From Pyrobaculum sp. (lineage in GTDB: Archaea; Thermoproteota; Thermoprotei; Thermoproteales; Thermoproteaceae): a stretch of DNA of 64,000 nucleotides. How positions within the stretch are numbered: position 1 is the stretch's first letter; each line of letters starts with the position of its first letter. The DNA lies in the NCBI GenBank assembly GCA_046293555.1, contig JBKBOT010000007.1:1-64000 (forward strand), given 5' to 3'. The notes beneath the pieces are model-generated. The model was not told where the DNA came from. It saw nothing but the letters and a program-made list of their open reading frames with translations, and searched no databases. Below, piece after piece: positions 40,231 through 50,064 of the stretch. Made by a program: the position numbers and the translations under genes.

Positions 40231-41147
40231 AGTTTAAATCTGGGCTCCCTCTGGCCCAGCGCCGTGTTTATCGCGTAGATTGCGCCCTCTCTATCTCTCT
40301 TTTTTATATACGTCGTGAGGTCTACAGAGGGCTCTGCGTAGATACATGTCTTAAGTTTGCCGTCACTTGTGAGCCTCATGGTGGTACAGCCGCTACAAAA
40401 GGTGGGATTGTTGAAATTTTTTATCAGCTCTATCACGACGCCTCCTAGCACATATAGAGGCCTGTGGTGTAACTCGCGACGCAGGCCTGTAGGCCTCCCC
40501 CCCAACCTCTCGACGATCTCTACTATAGACTCTATAGGCTCGTAAAACTGGCTAAAGGCCTCTATGCCGAGTCCTGAAGGCATGAGCTCTATGAACTGCA
40601 GCGAGGCGTTTAGCTCTGACGCCAGCTTTACAAGCCTCTTTACGCTCTCTCTATCTGTATTGACGTCTCTCAACACGACGGCGTTTATCTTGAGGTCTAT
40701 CCCAGCCTTTCTGCTCTCATAGAGGCTATATACCACCTCTTTAAACACGTTGGGGGGCATCCCGGTGATTTTGCCATATCTCTCTGGGTCCGGCGTGTGG
40801 AGAGATACGTTAAGCCTCTTGACTCCCGCCCTCTCGAGTTTTGGCAGCCACTTTCTCAACAGGTAGCCATTTGTGGTGATAGACACAACGCCGCCGTTTT
40901 CTGTTATGCTCTTTACAATCTTGTCTAGATCTGGCCTGAGTAGCGGCTCGCCGCCTGTGATCTTAAAATCTCTTACCCCTAGAGAGATAAAGATGGGGGT
41001 GATAAATCCGTAGTCTTCTGCCGTGAGGAATGCGCCTTGGCGTCTATGTTGACCCTCAAAATGGCAAAAGATACAAAAAAAATTACATTCGTCATTGACT
41101 ATATACCTAAGCTTCAGGAAAGGTCTCCCGAACTTGTCTATAGCCAC
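40218..41147 (-). CDS. moaA: GTP 3',8-cyclase (radical SAM)
   Basis: DKFGRP, CNFFCIFCHFEG, TGGEPL, FCSGCTTMRLTSDGKLKTC. Confidence 0.95.
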   Translation of the reverse strand: MAIDKFGRPFLKLRYIVNDECNFFCIFCHFEGQHRRQGAFLTAEDYGFITPIFISLGVRDFKITGGEPLLRPDLDKIVKSITENGGVVSITTNGYLLRKWLPKLERAGVKRLNVSLHTPDPERYGKITGMPPNVFKEVVYSLYESRKAGIDLKINAVVLRDVNTDRESVKRLVKLASELNASLQFIELMPSGLGIEAFSQFYEPIESIVEIVERLGGRPTGLRRELHHRPLYVLGGVVIELIKNFNNPTFCSGCTTMRLTSDGKLKTCIYAEPSVDLTTYIKKRDREGAIYAINTALGQREPRFKLYSS

Positions 41148-41166
41148 ACCTAACTTCCGTCTCTGG

Positions 41167-41197
41167 GTTATATACGTTTACGTATAGCATACGTATA
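41167..41197. promoter_or_regulatory. moaA TATA box with overlapping palindromic operator candidate
   Basis: TATACGT-TT-ACGTATA (41171-41186) and TACGTAT-AGC-ATACGTA (41179-41195). Confidence 0.5.
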
Positions 41198-41222
41198 CAT
41201 AAACACGACCTAACTTTTTGTC

Positions 41223-42695
41223 ATGTATACCACATTGGCGGCATTGATGTCACTTGTGGCAACCACGTTTCTATTATATCAACACTACATGGCCACCATG
41301 TGGGTTACCACCTCGATTTTTCTCATCTTGTTTTCTGTGGGGGAGGCCTTCCTGATAAACAGCATGTTGATCACCCTGGTGGTCTTAAGGGGCGTCTTTG
41401 AGAGATTTAAGAAAGAGCTCGTGGCGGCGTTTGTTGTAACCACCTTGATAAAAATGTACCTCTTGACCAACTTCTATCTTGAGGAAAAACTCCCCTATGT
41501 ATACTACATAACAGACGCCATATTTACGTCCCTCTCTATATTTATCATGTCCTTTGGCCGCAAACTGCCTGAAATAAGGCGGGCGACATGGCCCGCCGTC
41601 TTTACGACAGTTCTTAACTCCTCTCTAGCCACACCCCTCTCTCTAGCCTCAGGAGTGGTCTTGGCGCTGGGGGACATGCCGCCATATTTTGCAACAGCCC
41701 TCCTTCTAGCTAACCTCATGTATCTATACCTCGGGGGAGACCCCCACTTCTTCTTACCCCCACTGGCTTTCGGCCTGGCGTATTTTCTTACATACAGGAA
41801 GACATCTTATATCTCGCCCACCCCGCCTCTGGGGTGGCTCTACTCGTGGCTTGGGGGGAGGTATAGAGTTCTGCGGGTGCTGGGAGCCGGGGGCTTTAGT
41901 TACGTCTTGGCGGTAAGACACAGGGGGGTCACATATGCCGCCAAGGTCTTGAGATATAGAGATGATTACAACATGCCGCTTGCGGGAGATGAGAACATCC
42001 TGGCGGCGTTTGGACAGGAGATGAACAAATATCTGGGCATAAAGTCCCACCACGTCGTCAGGGCGTATGAGGTGTACCTACCCGCGGTGCCCTACAGAGA
42101 CGTGGCTCAATATATGAAGAACCCCCCATACATCCTATTGGAATATATGGACGGGGGCACTTTAAGAGAGAGGCTAAGAGCCGTGGGGAGACTCCCCCTA
42201 CGGGAGGCGCTAGAGATGTTTAAACAGCTGGCGGGGGGGCTTTACGACATCCATAGACATAACGTAGTCCACCTAGACATAAAGCCTGAAAACATCATGT
42301 TTAGAGACAAGCTGGTGAAAATAGGCGACATGGGGATAGCCAAGGTGATCACCGGGAGTTATGTCTATAGTAGCTACATGTCTCCAGCATATGCGGCCCC
42401 TGAGGTCAAGAGGGGGCAGGCCACCTACGCCTCAGATATCTACTCGCTGGGGTGTGTCATATATGAGGCCCTAACTGGGATAAACCCCAACGTCTTTATG
42501 GAAAATAGGCACCAGATACCGCCCCCCAGTACATACAACAGGGAGGTGCCCCCCTGGCTGGACCGCCTGTTGTTAAAAATGCTGGCGGCAGATCCCGCAG
42601 AGAGGCCCACAGCCGCCGAGCTAGTTACTTTTTTAAAGAGGGCTGTGGAGGTAGACAATGCCGTGGAGATGTCCCATATGCGGCACGGAGAATAG
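41223..42695 (+). CDS. Multi-TM Hanks-type Ser/Thr protein kinase
   Basis: Hydrophobic N-terminal half; GAGGFS, AAK, HLDIKPEN, DMG, APE, SDIYSLG. Confidence 0.93.
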   Translation: MYTTLAALMSLVATTFLLYQHYMATMWVTTSIFLILFSVGEAFLINSMLITLVVLRGVFERFKKELVAAFVVTTLIKMYLLTNFYLEEKLPYVYYITDAIFTSLSIFIMSFGRKLPEIRRATWPAVFTTVLNSSLATPLSLASGVVLALGDMPPYFATALLLANLMYLYLGGDPHFFLPPLAFGLAYFLTYRKTSYISPTPPLGWLYSWLGGRYRVLRVLGAGGFSYVLAVRHRGVTYAAKVLRYRDDYNMPLAGDENILAAFGQEMNKYLGIKSHHVVRAYEVYLPAVPYRDVAQYMKNPPYILLEYMDGGTLRERLRAVGRLPLREALEMFKQLAGGLYDIHRHNVVHLDIKPENIMFRDKLVKIGDMGIAKVITGSYVYSSYMSPAYAAPEVKRGQATYASDIYSLGCVIYEALTGINPNVFMENRHQIPPPSTYNREVPPWLDRLLLKMLAADPAERPTAAELVTFLKRAVEVDNAVEMSHMRHGE

Positions 42696-43092
42696 AGACG
42701 AGGTAACCACCTGTAGGGTCTGTGGGGCCTACAAGCCGGAAGCCACCACGAAAAAGGTGGGGATACCTGAGGTGGCCACTGTAGTTATCGAGGTGGTGGA
42801 GAGCTCCATACAGTCGCTAGTGGGGAAGAGATTTGAGCTTAAGGCCAGCTCCCCCGGCCTAGTTATCACCGTGGGGAGAGCTGTGGATAACAACGTGATA
42901 ATCCCAGACCCGGCGGTTTCCCGTAGACATCTCAGACTTGTGGTGACGTCTGGCGGCATTGTGGTGGAAGATCTAGGCAGTAGTAACGGCACCTATTTAA
43001 TTACAGATGGAGAACGTCTGGTAAAAGTGGAGAACGTGGGGCGGCAGGCCTATTTACGTATTGGCAGCACCAAGATAAGAGTAAGTATATAA
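42658..43092 (+). CDS. RanBP2-type zinc finger plus FHA protein (ArnA-like)
   Basis: WRCPICGTEN-x6-CRVC; VGR, SRRH, SSNGT. Confidence 0.9.
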   Translation: MPWRCPICGTENRDEVTTCRVCGAYKPEATTKKVGIPEVATVVIEVVESSIQSLVGKRFELKASSPGLVITVGRAVDNNVIIPDPAVSRRHLRLVVTSGGIVVEDLGSSNGTYLITDGERLVKVENVGRQAYLRIGSTKIRVSI

Positions 43093-43115
43093 AGCCCCTA
43101 GTTAGCCGTCTTCAT

Positions 43116-43733
43116 ATGGCTGAAGAGAAGTATGAATACCTAGTGCCTCTAGAGCGATATCTCTCCGCCGGCGTGAGGCTTGGGACAAGGCTTTCGAACA
43201 GGTACCTAGAGGAAAAAGGCTTTATCTTCGCCGTGAGGCCAGACGGCCTTAGGATATTTGACATAAAGAAAATAGACGAACGCCTCAAGATAGCCGCCAG
43301 GCTCGTGGCGAGGTATAGTCCAGACAGAGTTTTAGTACACACCACAAGGCCTTATGGCTTCAAGCCGGCGCAGATGTTCTGCAAGTTTGTAGGCTGTAAA
43401 GCCCTTACGGGCAGATTTATACCAGGCATCTTGACAAACCCCAACCTTACTCACTACCAGGAGGTAGACCTGTTGTTTGTAGTAGACCCCAAGCTAGACG
43501 CACAGGCTGTGGCCGAGGCGGCCAAGATGGGGGTGCCGGTGGTGGCGCTGGTGGATACAGACACGCCACATCAATATATAGACTTCATGATCCCTTGTAA
43601 CAACAAGGGGAGGAAAAGCCTCGCCTTGATCTTCTGGATCTTGGCGAGAGAGGTTTTAAGAGAGAGGGGAGAGCTAAAGCCGGACCAAGAGCTGCCGGCA
43701 ACGCCTGAAGAGTTTGAAACCCGCCTAGTTTAA
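43116..43733 (+). CDS. rps2: 30S ribosomal protein S2
   Basis: [27 protein letters not shown]. Confidence 0.97.
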   Translation: MAEEKYEYLVPLERYLSAGVRLGTRLSNRYLEEKGFIFAVRPDGLRIFDIKKIDERLKIAARLVARYSPDRVLVHTTRPYGFKPAQMFCKFVGCKALTGRFIPGILTNPNLTHYQEVDLLFVVDPKLDAQAVAEAAKMGVPVVALVDTDTPHQYIDFMIPCNNKGRKSLALIFWILAREVLRERGELKPDQELPATPEEFETRLV

Positions 43734-43735
43734 CA

Positions 43736-44578
43736 ATGCGTGTCAGAAAGCCGGCGGTAGCTGGCTATTTCTATGAGGCAGATAGAGACGAGTTGGTAGA
43801 ACAGATCGAGTGGGCTATAAGCCACGAGCTGGGGCCCAAGGCGTTACAACTGCCTAAACTAGGCTCCGACGCGTTGGGAGGCGTTGTGCCACATGCCGGC
43901 TATATGTACTCAGGGCCTGTGGCGGCCTGGCTATACTCCATGTTGTCAAGCTACGGGAGGCCGGAGGCTGTGATCATCATGGGGCCTAACCACTACGGCA
44001 TCGGGGCCCCGGTGGCCATCATGAAGTCCGGCCTCTGGGAGACCCCCCTAGGCCGTCTGGAGGTAGACCAAGAGCTGGCCTCTAGGATAATGAAATATCG
44101 CGAAATTGAGGAAGACCCCCCCGCCTTTTCAAAAGAACACTCCATAGAGGTACAACTGCCCCTTGTCCAACACTATTTTGGCAACGTCAAGATTGTCCCC
44201 ATCGCCATATGGAGACAGACGCTCTCCACGTCGCAGGAGTTGGGGAGAGCTGTGGCTAGAGCTGTGAGGGAAGACGGGAGGAGGATATATATTTTGGCTA
44301 GCAGCGATTTTAACCACTACGAGCCTCATGACGTCACTTTGAAAAAAGATGAGATAGCTATCGCCAAGATCCTCAAGCTAGATGAGGTGGGGCTTTTCGA
44401 CGTGGCCTCTAGGTTTGAGATATCCATATGCGGCATTGCCCCCATCGCCGCCCTCCTCGTGGCGGCTAGAGAGCTGGGCTACACCCACGTGGCGTTATTA
44501 AAACACGCCACTTCTGGCGACACCAGCGGCTTTAAGGAGGAGACCGTGGGTTACGCCAGCGTGCTTTTCTACCGCTAG
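43736..44578 (+). CDS. MEMO1-family protein
   Basis: [37 protein letters not shown]. Confidence 0.94.
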   Translation: MRVRKPAVAGYFYEADRDELVEQIEWAISHELGPKALQLPKLGSDALGGVVPHAGYMYSGPVAAWLYSMLSSYGRPEAVIIMGPNHYGIGAPVAIMKSGLWETPLGRLEVDQELASRIMKYREIEEDPPAFSKEHSIEVQLPLVQHYFGNVKIVPIAIWRQTLSTSQELGRAVARAVREDGRRIYILASSDFNHYEPHDVTLKKDEIAIAKILKLDEVGLFDVASRFEISICGIAPIAALLVAARELGYTHVALLKHATSGDTSGFKEETVGYASVLFYR

Positions 44579-46458
44579 AGGGCCCTGACCCTCTCCCCCA
44601 CCTTTGGGATTACTGTAGTTATCTTATACCTAAGCTCTATCGAGGTGGCTAGACTGACCGTCTTGGAGGGCTCCCCGTGGATTAACACCACCTTCCGTGG
44701 CTTTGGCTCGATGTGTTCTACATACCTCATTAACTCCCTCCTGTCGCTATGGCCGGAGAAACCCGGTATAGACGCCACCCCCATCTTCATGCCTATCTTC
44801 ACGTCGCCTGCCGTCAAGCTCCTGGCCACAAGCTCCCTCTCGCCGCTTAATATCCTCCTGCCGAGTGTCCCCTCAGCCTGGTATGAGACAAAGATAAGCT
44901 TATTTCTCTCGTCGTGTGCCAACTGGACGAAATAATCTAAGACAGGTCCCCCGTTTAACATGCCGTGTGGCGCAATTATGACGGCAGGCTCCTCGCTTTG
45001 TGCAATCTTGGCCACCTGGTTTATCCTCTCCTCCACCCGCTTTGCCCTCTCCACAATCGTCACGCTGCCAGAAGTGGTGAAGGGATTTATCCCGCCGTAT
45101 ATCTCCTCAGCCACCTCGGGGTTTAGGTAGTGGGGGTACATCAGGTAGACATTTAACGTCTCTACAATCATGCCGTCTACATACACCGGCACTCTCGGCA
45201 CGAGGCCCCCCTCAACCATCTTGTTGAGAATATAGAGGATCTCCTGCCCCCTCCCGGTGCTAAAAGCCGGAATTAACACCTTCCCCCCTCTCGACACCGC
45301 CTCGGCTATATGTCTAGCCAGGGCGTTCTCTGCCTCCACTCTCGGCGGCTGTAAGTCATCTTTGCCGCCATAGGTGGACTCCATGATTAACATCTCCACC
45401 CTTTTGAACCTGTTGGCAGCCCTGTTTAAAAGCCGGGTCTTGCCATACTTAAAGTCGCCAGTATATAGGATGTTATACCTCCCGTTGCCGATGTGGAGAT
45501 GGGCCATGGCCGACCCTATCTCGTGGCCCGCGTCGTAAAAGGTGAGTTTTATATCTGGCGTTATGTCTGTCACCTCCTCGTAGTCTAGCGTAACTGCGTG
45601 GTAAATCACAGACTCTATATCTGCCTTAGAGAAGCTGGCGGCGGCGCCCTCCCTCTCCTTTAGCTCCACGTAGTCTGTAAGAAGTATGTAGGTCTGATAT
45701 TTAGTGGGGTCCGTCATGTAGACCGGGCCCCGGTAGCCATATTTATAGAGCAGGGGGAGACACCCCACGTGGTCCATGTGGGCATGTGTTAACACCACGG
45801 CGTCTAGCCTGTCTAGATCCAACATGTCGAGCTGCGGGAAGTCCTCATCCCCCTGGCTGGGCTTAAGGCCGCAGTCTAGCAAAACGTTGCTCTCCACTGT
45901 GCTTACCAAAATGGCGCTTCTCCCCACCTCCATGGCGCCACCTAAAAACGTCACAGTGATAGGCCCCTCTTTCACCACCGGCTCCTGGTGTATATAACGC
46001 GCCAACGTCTCCATAAGCTCCCTCCTCTGTACGTAAGCCTCGTGAAAGATCTGCCTAACTCCCAACACCTCGTGGGTGGGCAGCCTGTCTTTAGGCACGC
46101 CGCTTTCCACCACAGCCCTCCAGCCGGTTTTTACAAAAACCTCTCTCGCCACGCCCCTAAGCTCCTTCTCCCTGGCGGGCCTGGAGAGGTAGATATACAC
46201 GTCGCCGCTGTCTTCAAAACGGATGTCCTCCACATTGCCCACAGCCTCTCTTATCAGCTGGGCCGCCTTGTTTTTAGGAAGCCTCTCCTCAGTCCGTAAC
46301 ACCACCCGCTTCCGCAGGGCTTTAGCCACCTCGCCCACCAGGTCTAAGGCCTCCCCCACAGGCCTCCTTATGTAAATACATAGGTTAGGCCCCTCGTAGG
46401 CCACCCTACTTACCTCCACCCCAGAGAGGATAGACTTAACCTTAATATCAAAAGACAC
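44575..46458 (-). CDS. KH plus beta-CASP ribonuclease aCPSF1 (FttA)
   Basis: N-terminal KH domains, THAHMDH, ESTYGG, FSGHSD, HGE. Confidence 0.95.
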   Translation of the reverse strand: MSFDIKVKSILSGVEVSRVAYEGPNLCIYIRRPVGEALDLVGEVAKALRKRVVLRTEERLPKNKAAQLIREAVGNVEDIRFEDSGDVYIYLSRPAREKELRGVAREVFVKTGWRAVVESGVPKDRLPTHEVLGVRQIFHEAYVQRRELMETLARYIHQEPVVKEGPITVTFLGGAMEVGRSAILVSTVESNVLLDCGLKPSQGDEDFPQLDMLDLDRLDAVVLTHAHMDHVGCLPLLYKYGYRGPVYMTDPTKYQTYILLTDYVELKEREGAAASFSKADIESVIYHAVTLDYEEVTDITPDIKLTFYDAGHEIGSAMAHLHIGNGRYNILYTGDFKYGKTRLLNRAANRFKRVEMLIMESTYGGKDDLQPPRVEAENALARHIAEAVSRGGKVLIPAFSTGRGQEILYILNKMVEGGLVPRVPVYVDGMIVETLNVYLMYPHYLNPEVAEEIYGGINPFTTSGSVTIVERAKRVEERINQVAKIAQSEEPAVIIAPHGMLNGGPVLDYFVQLAHDERNKLIFVSYQAEGTLGRRILSGERELVARSLTAGDVKIGMKMGVASIPGFSGHSDRRELMRYVEHIEPKPRKVVLIHGEPSKTVSLATSIELRYKITTVIPKVGERVRAL

Positions 46459-46502
46459 GGGCGGTTGTAAACACCTATTTAAATACTTGTCTTAAAAGCC
46501 CC

Positions 46503-47930
46503 GTGCGTATATACAACACAGCCACGAGGCAGCTGGAGGACTTTACAACCTACACCCCCAGGCTGGCTAGAGGCTACGTCTGCGGTGTTACGCCATATGA
46601 CCACATACATGTGGGACACGGCAGGGTATACGTGGTTTTTGACATATTTAGGCGCTACCTGGAGGCCAGCGGGCACGAGGTGAGGCTGGTGATAAACTTC
46701 ACAGATGTAGACGACAAGATTATAAACAGGGCCAGAGAGGAGTTCGGCCAGGAGGCTTACAGGAGGTGGCGGGAGATACCCGAGAGGTATATAGCGGAGT
46801 TTTTCGACATGTCGAGAAGACTTTACATAAAGCCAGCATACGCCTACCCCAGAGTTACAGAAAATATAGAAGACATGGCGGGCTGGATAGCTGCGTTGGT
46901 GGAGAAGGGCTATGCCTACATTGCGCCAGACGGCTCTATCTACTTCCAGGTGGAGAAAGTGCCTAATTACGGCACGCTCTCTAGACAGAAGATAGAAGAG
47001 CTTATAGCCGGCGCGCGGGTAGAGCCGGAGCCGGGGAAGAAAAACCCGCTGGACTTCGCCCTCTGGAAGAGCTGGACGGCAGGCGAGCCCTGGTGGGACT
47101 CCCCCTGGTGCCCCGGGAGGCCGGGTTGGCACCTAGAGTGTGTCGTAATGTCTACCAAACATCTAGGCGCCCCCTTTGACTTCCACGGAGGCGGCGCAGA
47201 CCTGATCTTCCCCCACCACGAGAACGAGATAGCGATAGCTAGGGCATATTTCGGCGTGGATAATTTCGCCAGGTATTGGATCCACGTGGGTTACCTCACC
47301 GTGAGGGGGGAAAAGATGTCTAAATCTCTAGGCAACGTGATAACGCTCAGAGAGGTGTTGGAGAAACACGGCGGCGAGACGTTACGGATGGCATACGCTC
47401 TTAGCCACTACCGGAAGCCCATGGAGTTTAGCGAGGAGGCGTTAAGACAGGCGGAGGAGATGGTGAAGACCATATACACCGCATACGACGAGTTAAGCCA
47501 AGCCGTGAGAGACGCCGGAGAGAAAGACGTGGAGGAAATAGGGCTGGGGAGATACACAGCCGCGTTTTATAACGCCATGGAGGACGACCTATCTACGCCA
47601 GAGGCGGCACAACAGCTCTACAACGCGGCCCGCTATATAATCTCCACGGCGTTACACAAGATAGAGAAGATTTCCAGAGAGAGGGCAATGCAGATATTGA
47701 CAGAATTCGTAAAGATGGCAGACATACTCGGCGTCTTGGAGAGACGGGAGGTGTCAAGCCAGCTGAAAGAGGCAGTAGAGGCGCTGGTAGAGGCCAGGAC
47801 AAGGCTGAGACAGGAGAGGCAATACCACCTGGCGGACTACATAAGAGAGAGGCTGAGGACAATAGGCGTGGAGCTACACGACTTCGGCCCAAAGACGTAC
47901 TACACAATAAGGCGAGTGGAGAGACCTTAG
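46503..47930 (+). CDS. cysS: Cysteine--tRNA ligase
   Basis: CGVTPYD, HVGH, GRPGWHLEC, FPHHENE, KMSKS. Confidence 0.97.
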   Translation: MRIYNTATRQLEDFTTYTPRLARGYVCGVTPYDHIHVGHGRVYVVFDIFRRYLEASGHEVRLVINFTDVDDKIINRAREEFGQEAYRRWREIPERYIAEFFDMSRRLYIKPAYAYPRVTENIEDMAGWIAALVEKGYAYIAPDGSIYFQVEKVPNYGTLSRQKIEELIAGARVEPEPGKKNPLDFALWKSWTAGEPWWDSPWCPGRPGWHLECVVMSTKHLGAPFDFHGGGADLIFPHHENEIAIARAYFGVDNFARYWIHVGYLTVRGEKMSKSLGNVITLREVLEKHGGETLRMAYALSHYRKPMEFSEEALRQAEEMVKTIYTAYDELSQAVRDAGEKDVEEIGLGRYTAAFYNAMEDDLSTPEAAQQLYNAARYIISTALHKIEKISRERAMQILTEFVKMADILGVLERREVSSQLKEAVEALVEARTRLRQERQYHLADYIRERLRTIGVELHDFGPKTYYTIRRVERP

Positions 47931-48070
47931 CCGCCCGCCTCCAACGGCGCCAACAGCCTTCTGCCTAAAGACCCACCAGACGGCGCCATAGCTGCGTCAC
48001 AAACCTGGGGATTTTTGGCCCCGTCACGGCCGGCGCCCCAGGTCGTGGCCCTGAAGAGCCCCCTACGGCC
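47929..48070 (-). ncRNA. Unassigned structured RNA candidate (~142 nt)
   Basis: Terminal helix plus three hairpins whose G-U pairs form only on the minus strand; TATA about 30 nt upstream. Confidence 0.55.
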
Positions 48071-48092
48071 TGGGGGAATAAGGGCGCCTACA

Positions 48093-48100
48093 TTTATATA
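48093..48100. promoter_or_regulatory. Likely bidirectional TATA box
   Basis: TTTATATA lies 25 nt from ATG 48118 (+) and 30 nt from position 48070 (-). Confidence 0.55.
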
Positions 48101-48117
48101 CCGCACTATTGTGTATC

Positions 48118-50052
48118 ATGGTTAAGGCGTATCTCCTGCTAGCGGCAGCTATAGCCCTCGTGGCGCTTTATATGGCCCTAACCGTGGTGGCTCCCGTCTT
48201 GACGACCACGCCGACCCCCACCGCCACCCCTCCCGCTGCCACCACGCCACAACACGCCACGCCCCCAGCCACCACGCCTACAGCCACGCCGCCGGTTACC
48301 ACCACCGCCACGAGCCCAATTACGACAAGCCCAACGGAGACAGTAACCACGCCGCCTCCAACGCCGAGGGGGGTGGCTAGATTCGTGGCGTGGATAGAGG
48401 CGCCAGAGGCGGTAAACGTCACGGCGTTGCCCGCCCTGTTGAACTACACTATCCGCGTGAAAAATGTCGGCAATGACACAGGCGTCGTGAGGATTGGAGA
48501 TGTGGAATACAGGCTGGCGCCGGGGCAGGAGGCCGCGGCTGCCGGCAGCTTGAAGATAAGCCGCGCCGGCGTGTTTGAAATATCGGTGGAGATCTCCGCC
48601 GGGGGGGTTATTGCGCGGAAAGAAGTGAGGGTGTATTACCTCACACCCGTGTTTAGAGCTAAGGCCATAAGCCTGACGGTAGATAGACTGCCAGCTAACG
48701 TCACGGTGGCAATAGAGGTGGAAAATGTCGGCAATTACACCGGCCGTATCGCCGGGGTGGAGGTGCCGCCCGGCGGGGTGGCGTGGGTAAACAAGACGAT
48801 ATATGTAGAGGCGGCGGGGAGCTACGAGATAAGGCTGGACAACCTCTCCATACCGCTTGTGGTGACATACCTCACGCCAAACCTCATGTGGCGTGTGGGC
48901 GGGGTGACGGAGATAGAGGCGCTGCCGGGAGAGAAGGTGTGGGCTTGGCTCTGGCTTAAAAACGTGGGTAACGCCACGGCGCGACTTCAGATAGACGGCA
49001 GAGATCTCGACCTCGAGCCAGGCCGCGAGGCCAACGTCACTAAGTCCCTCACCGTAGAGAGGGCTGGGTCTTACGTCGTGGAGTACCAAATTAGGGGCAG
49101 CCTAAACGCCACAATTAGACACACGACAAAAGTCCACGTGGTGACATATACAGTCGAGTTTGTAATATGGAGCCCCCGCCTCTCTAGAGACTGGCCCCGT
49201 CCGGGGGGCACCAGCAGGATGACAGTAGAGGCGGAGCAGAAGTCAGTAGAGGTGTCCTGGGGCTATATACTGTCCACAAACGCCACCAGGAGGGCCATAA
49301 CGCTTGTGGTGAACATATACGGAAATGTGGAGAGGTACCTAATACCGCCGGGAGCCGCCGTGGGGAAAAACTTCACCACGTCGATACAGGCGCCCGGCTC
49401 TACCGCCGTCACAATTGAGGTAAACAACACTAGATACACCCTAGAAATTAAGGCATGGCTAAAACCGCCCCGCATAACTATCGCCGACATCTCTAGGATA
49501 GATTTTGACGACAGAAGGCCTTTAAGGGCCCTTAGGATAAAATGTGGAGATATCGTCTTCCAATTTGACTTACTACAGATAACAGGCACTTTGAGATATA
49601 CGGCCGAAGGAAGAGAGGTAGAGGGCACCGCCGTGTTGAAACGTGTAGACACCTACACCGCCAGCTTCACCGGCTTTGTGGGAAGCGCCGGGGGGCACTT
49701 CACCCTAACTATTGCGGGCCATCAGATACGGATAGAGACAGACGCCTCCGGCAACCCCACCAGACTGTTAATAGACGGAAATCCCTACAATTGCGACGTG
49801 GATAGATCTCTAATACCCAGGCTTCTATATGGCGAAAAGCCGCTAGCCAACAACGAGGAAGTCACGTCATATGTCTACAGGCTGCTTGCCAGCTATCTCG
49901 CAAAAAGCGATAGCGACAAGCCCCAGTCTGTCGTCTGGAACGGAGAATATGTAGAGATAAGAGACAGAGGGGGCAACATACTTAAGGCGTATATAAGGGG
50001 CGGGAGGATAGAAATAGAGGGCGCCCTAAATGCTGTCATTTATTTCAGCTAG
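48118..50052 (+). CDS. Surface glycoprotein with Thr/Pro linker and three CARDB/Ig-like repeats
   Basis: N-terminal anchor or signal, TTP-rich linker, three V/LxNVGNxT motifs, many NxS/T sequons. Confidence 0.85.
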   Translation: MVKAYLLLAAAIALVALYMALTVVAPVLTTTPTPTATPPAATTPQHATPPATTPTATPPVTTTATSPITTSPTETVTTPPPTPRGVARFVAWIEAPEAVNVTALPALLNYTIRVKNVGNDTGVVRIGDVEYRLAPGQEAAAAGSLKISRAGVFEISVEISAGGVIARKEVRVYYLTPVFRAKAISLTVDRLPANVTVAIEVENVGNYTGRIAGVEVPPGGVAWVNKTIYVEAAGSYEIRLDNLSIPLVVTYLTPNLMWRVGGVTEIEALPGEKVWAWLWLKNVGNATARLQIDGRDLDLEPGREANVTKSLTVERAGSYVVEYQIRGSLNATIRHTTKVHVVTYTVEFVIWSPRLSRDWPRPGGTSRMTVEAEQKSVEVSWGYILSTNATRRAITLVVNIYGNVERYLIPPGAAVGKNFTTSIQAPGSTAVTIEVNNTRYTLEIKAWLKPPRITIADISRIDFDDRRPLRALRIKCGDIVFQFDLLQITGTLRYTAEGREVEGTAVLKRVDTYTASFTGFVGSAGGHFTLTIAGHQIRIETDASGNPTRLLIDGNPYNCDVDRSLIPRLLYGEKPLANNEEVTSYVYRLLASYLAKSDSDKPQSVVWNGEYVEIRDRGGNILKAYIRGGRIEIEGALNAVIYFS

Positions 50053-50064
50053 TTTTTTGAGCAC

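Noticed and set aside
1871-44578. Frequent overlapping stop codons of convergent genes
   Set aside because: Ordinary for compact Thermoproteales genomes
47929-48070. RNase P (type T), 5S rRNA, SRP RNA or tRNA identity for the structured element
   Set aside because: Lacks the P4 strands, SRP helix 8 motif, T-loop and 5S conserved segments as I recall them
48199-48365. ACCACGCC-type short repeats and the C-rich tract at 62410-62560
   Set aside because: Explained by Thr/Pro and poly-Pro linkers; not CRISPR or a mobile element
48168-49089. Long antisense ORFs (e.g. 48178-49089, also 851-1468, 46479-47132, 63179-63778)
   Set aside because: Shadows of well-supported opposite-strand genes
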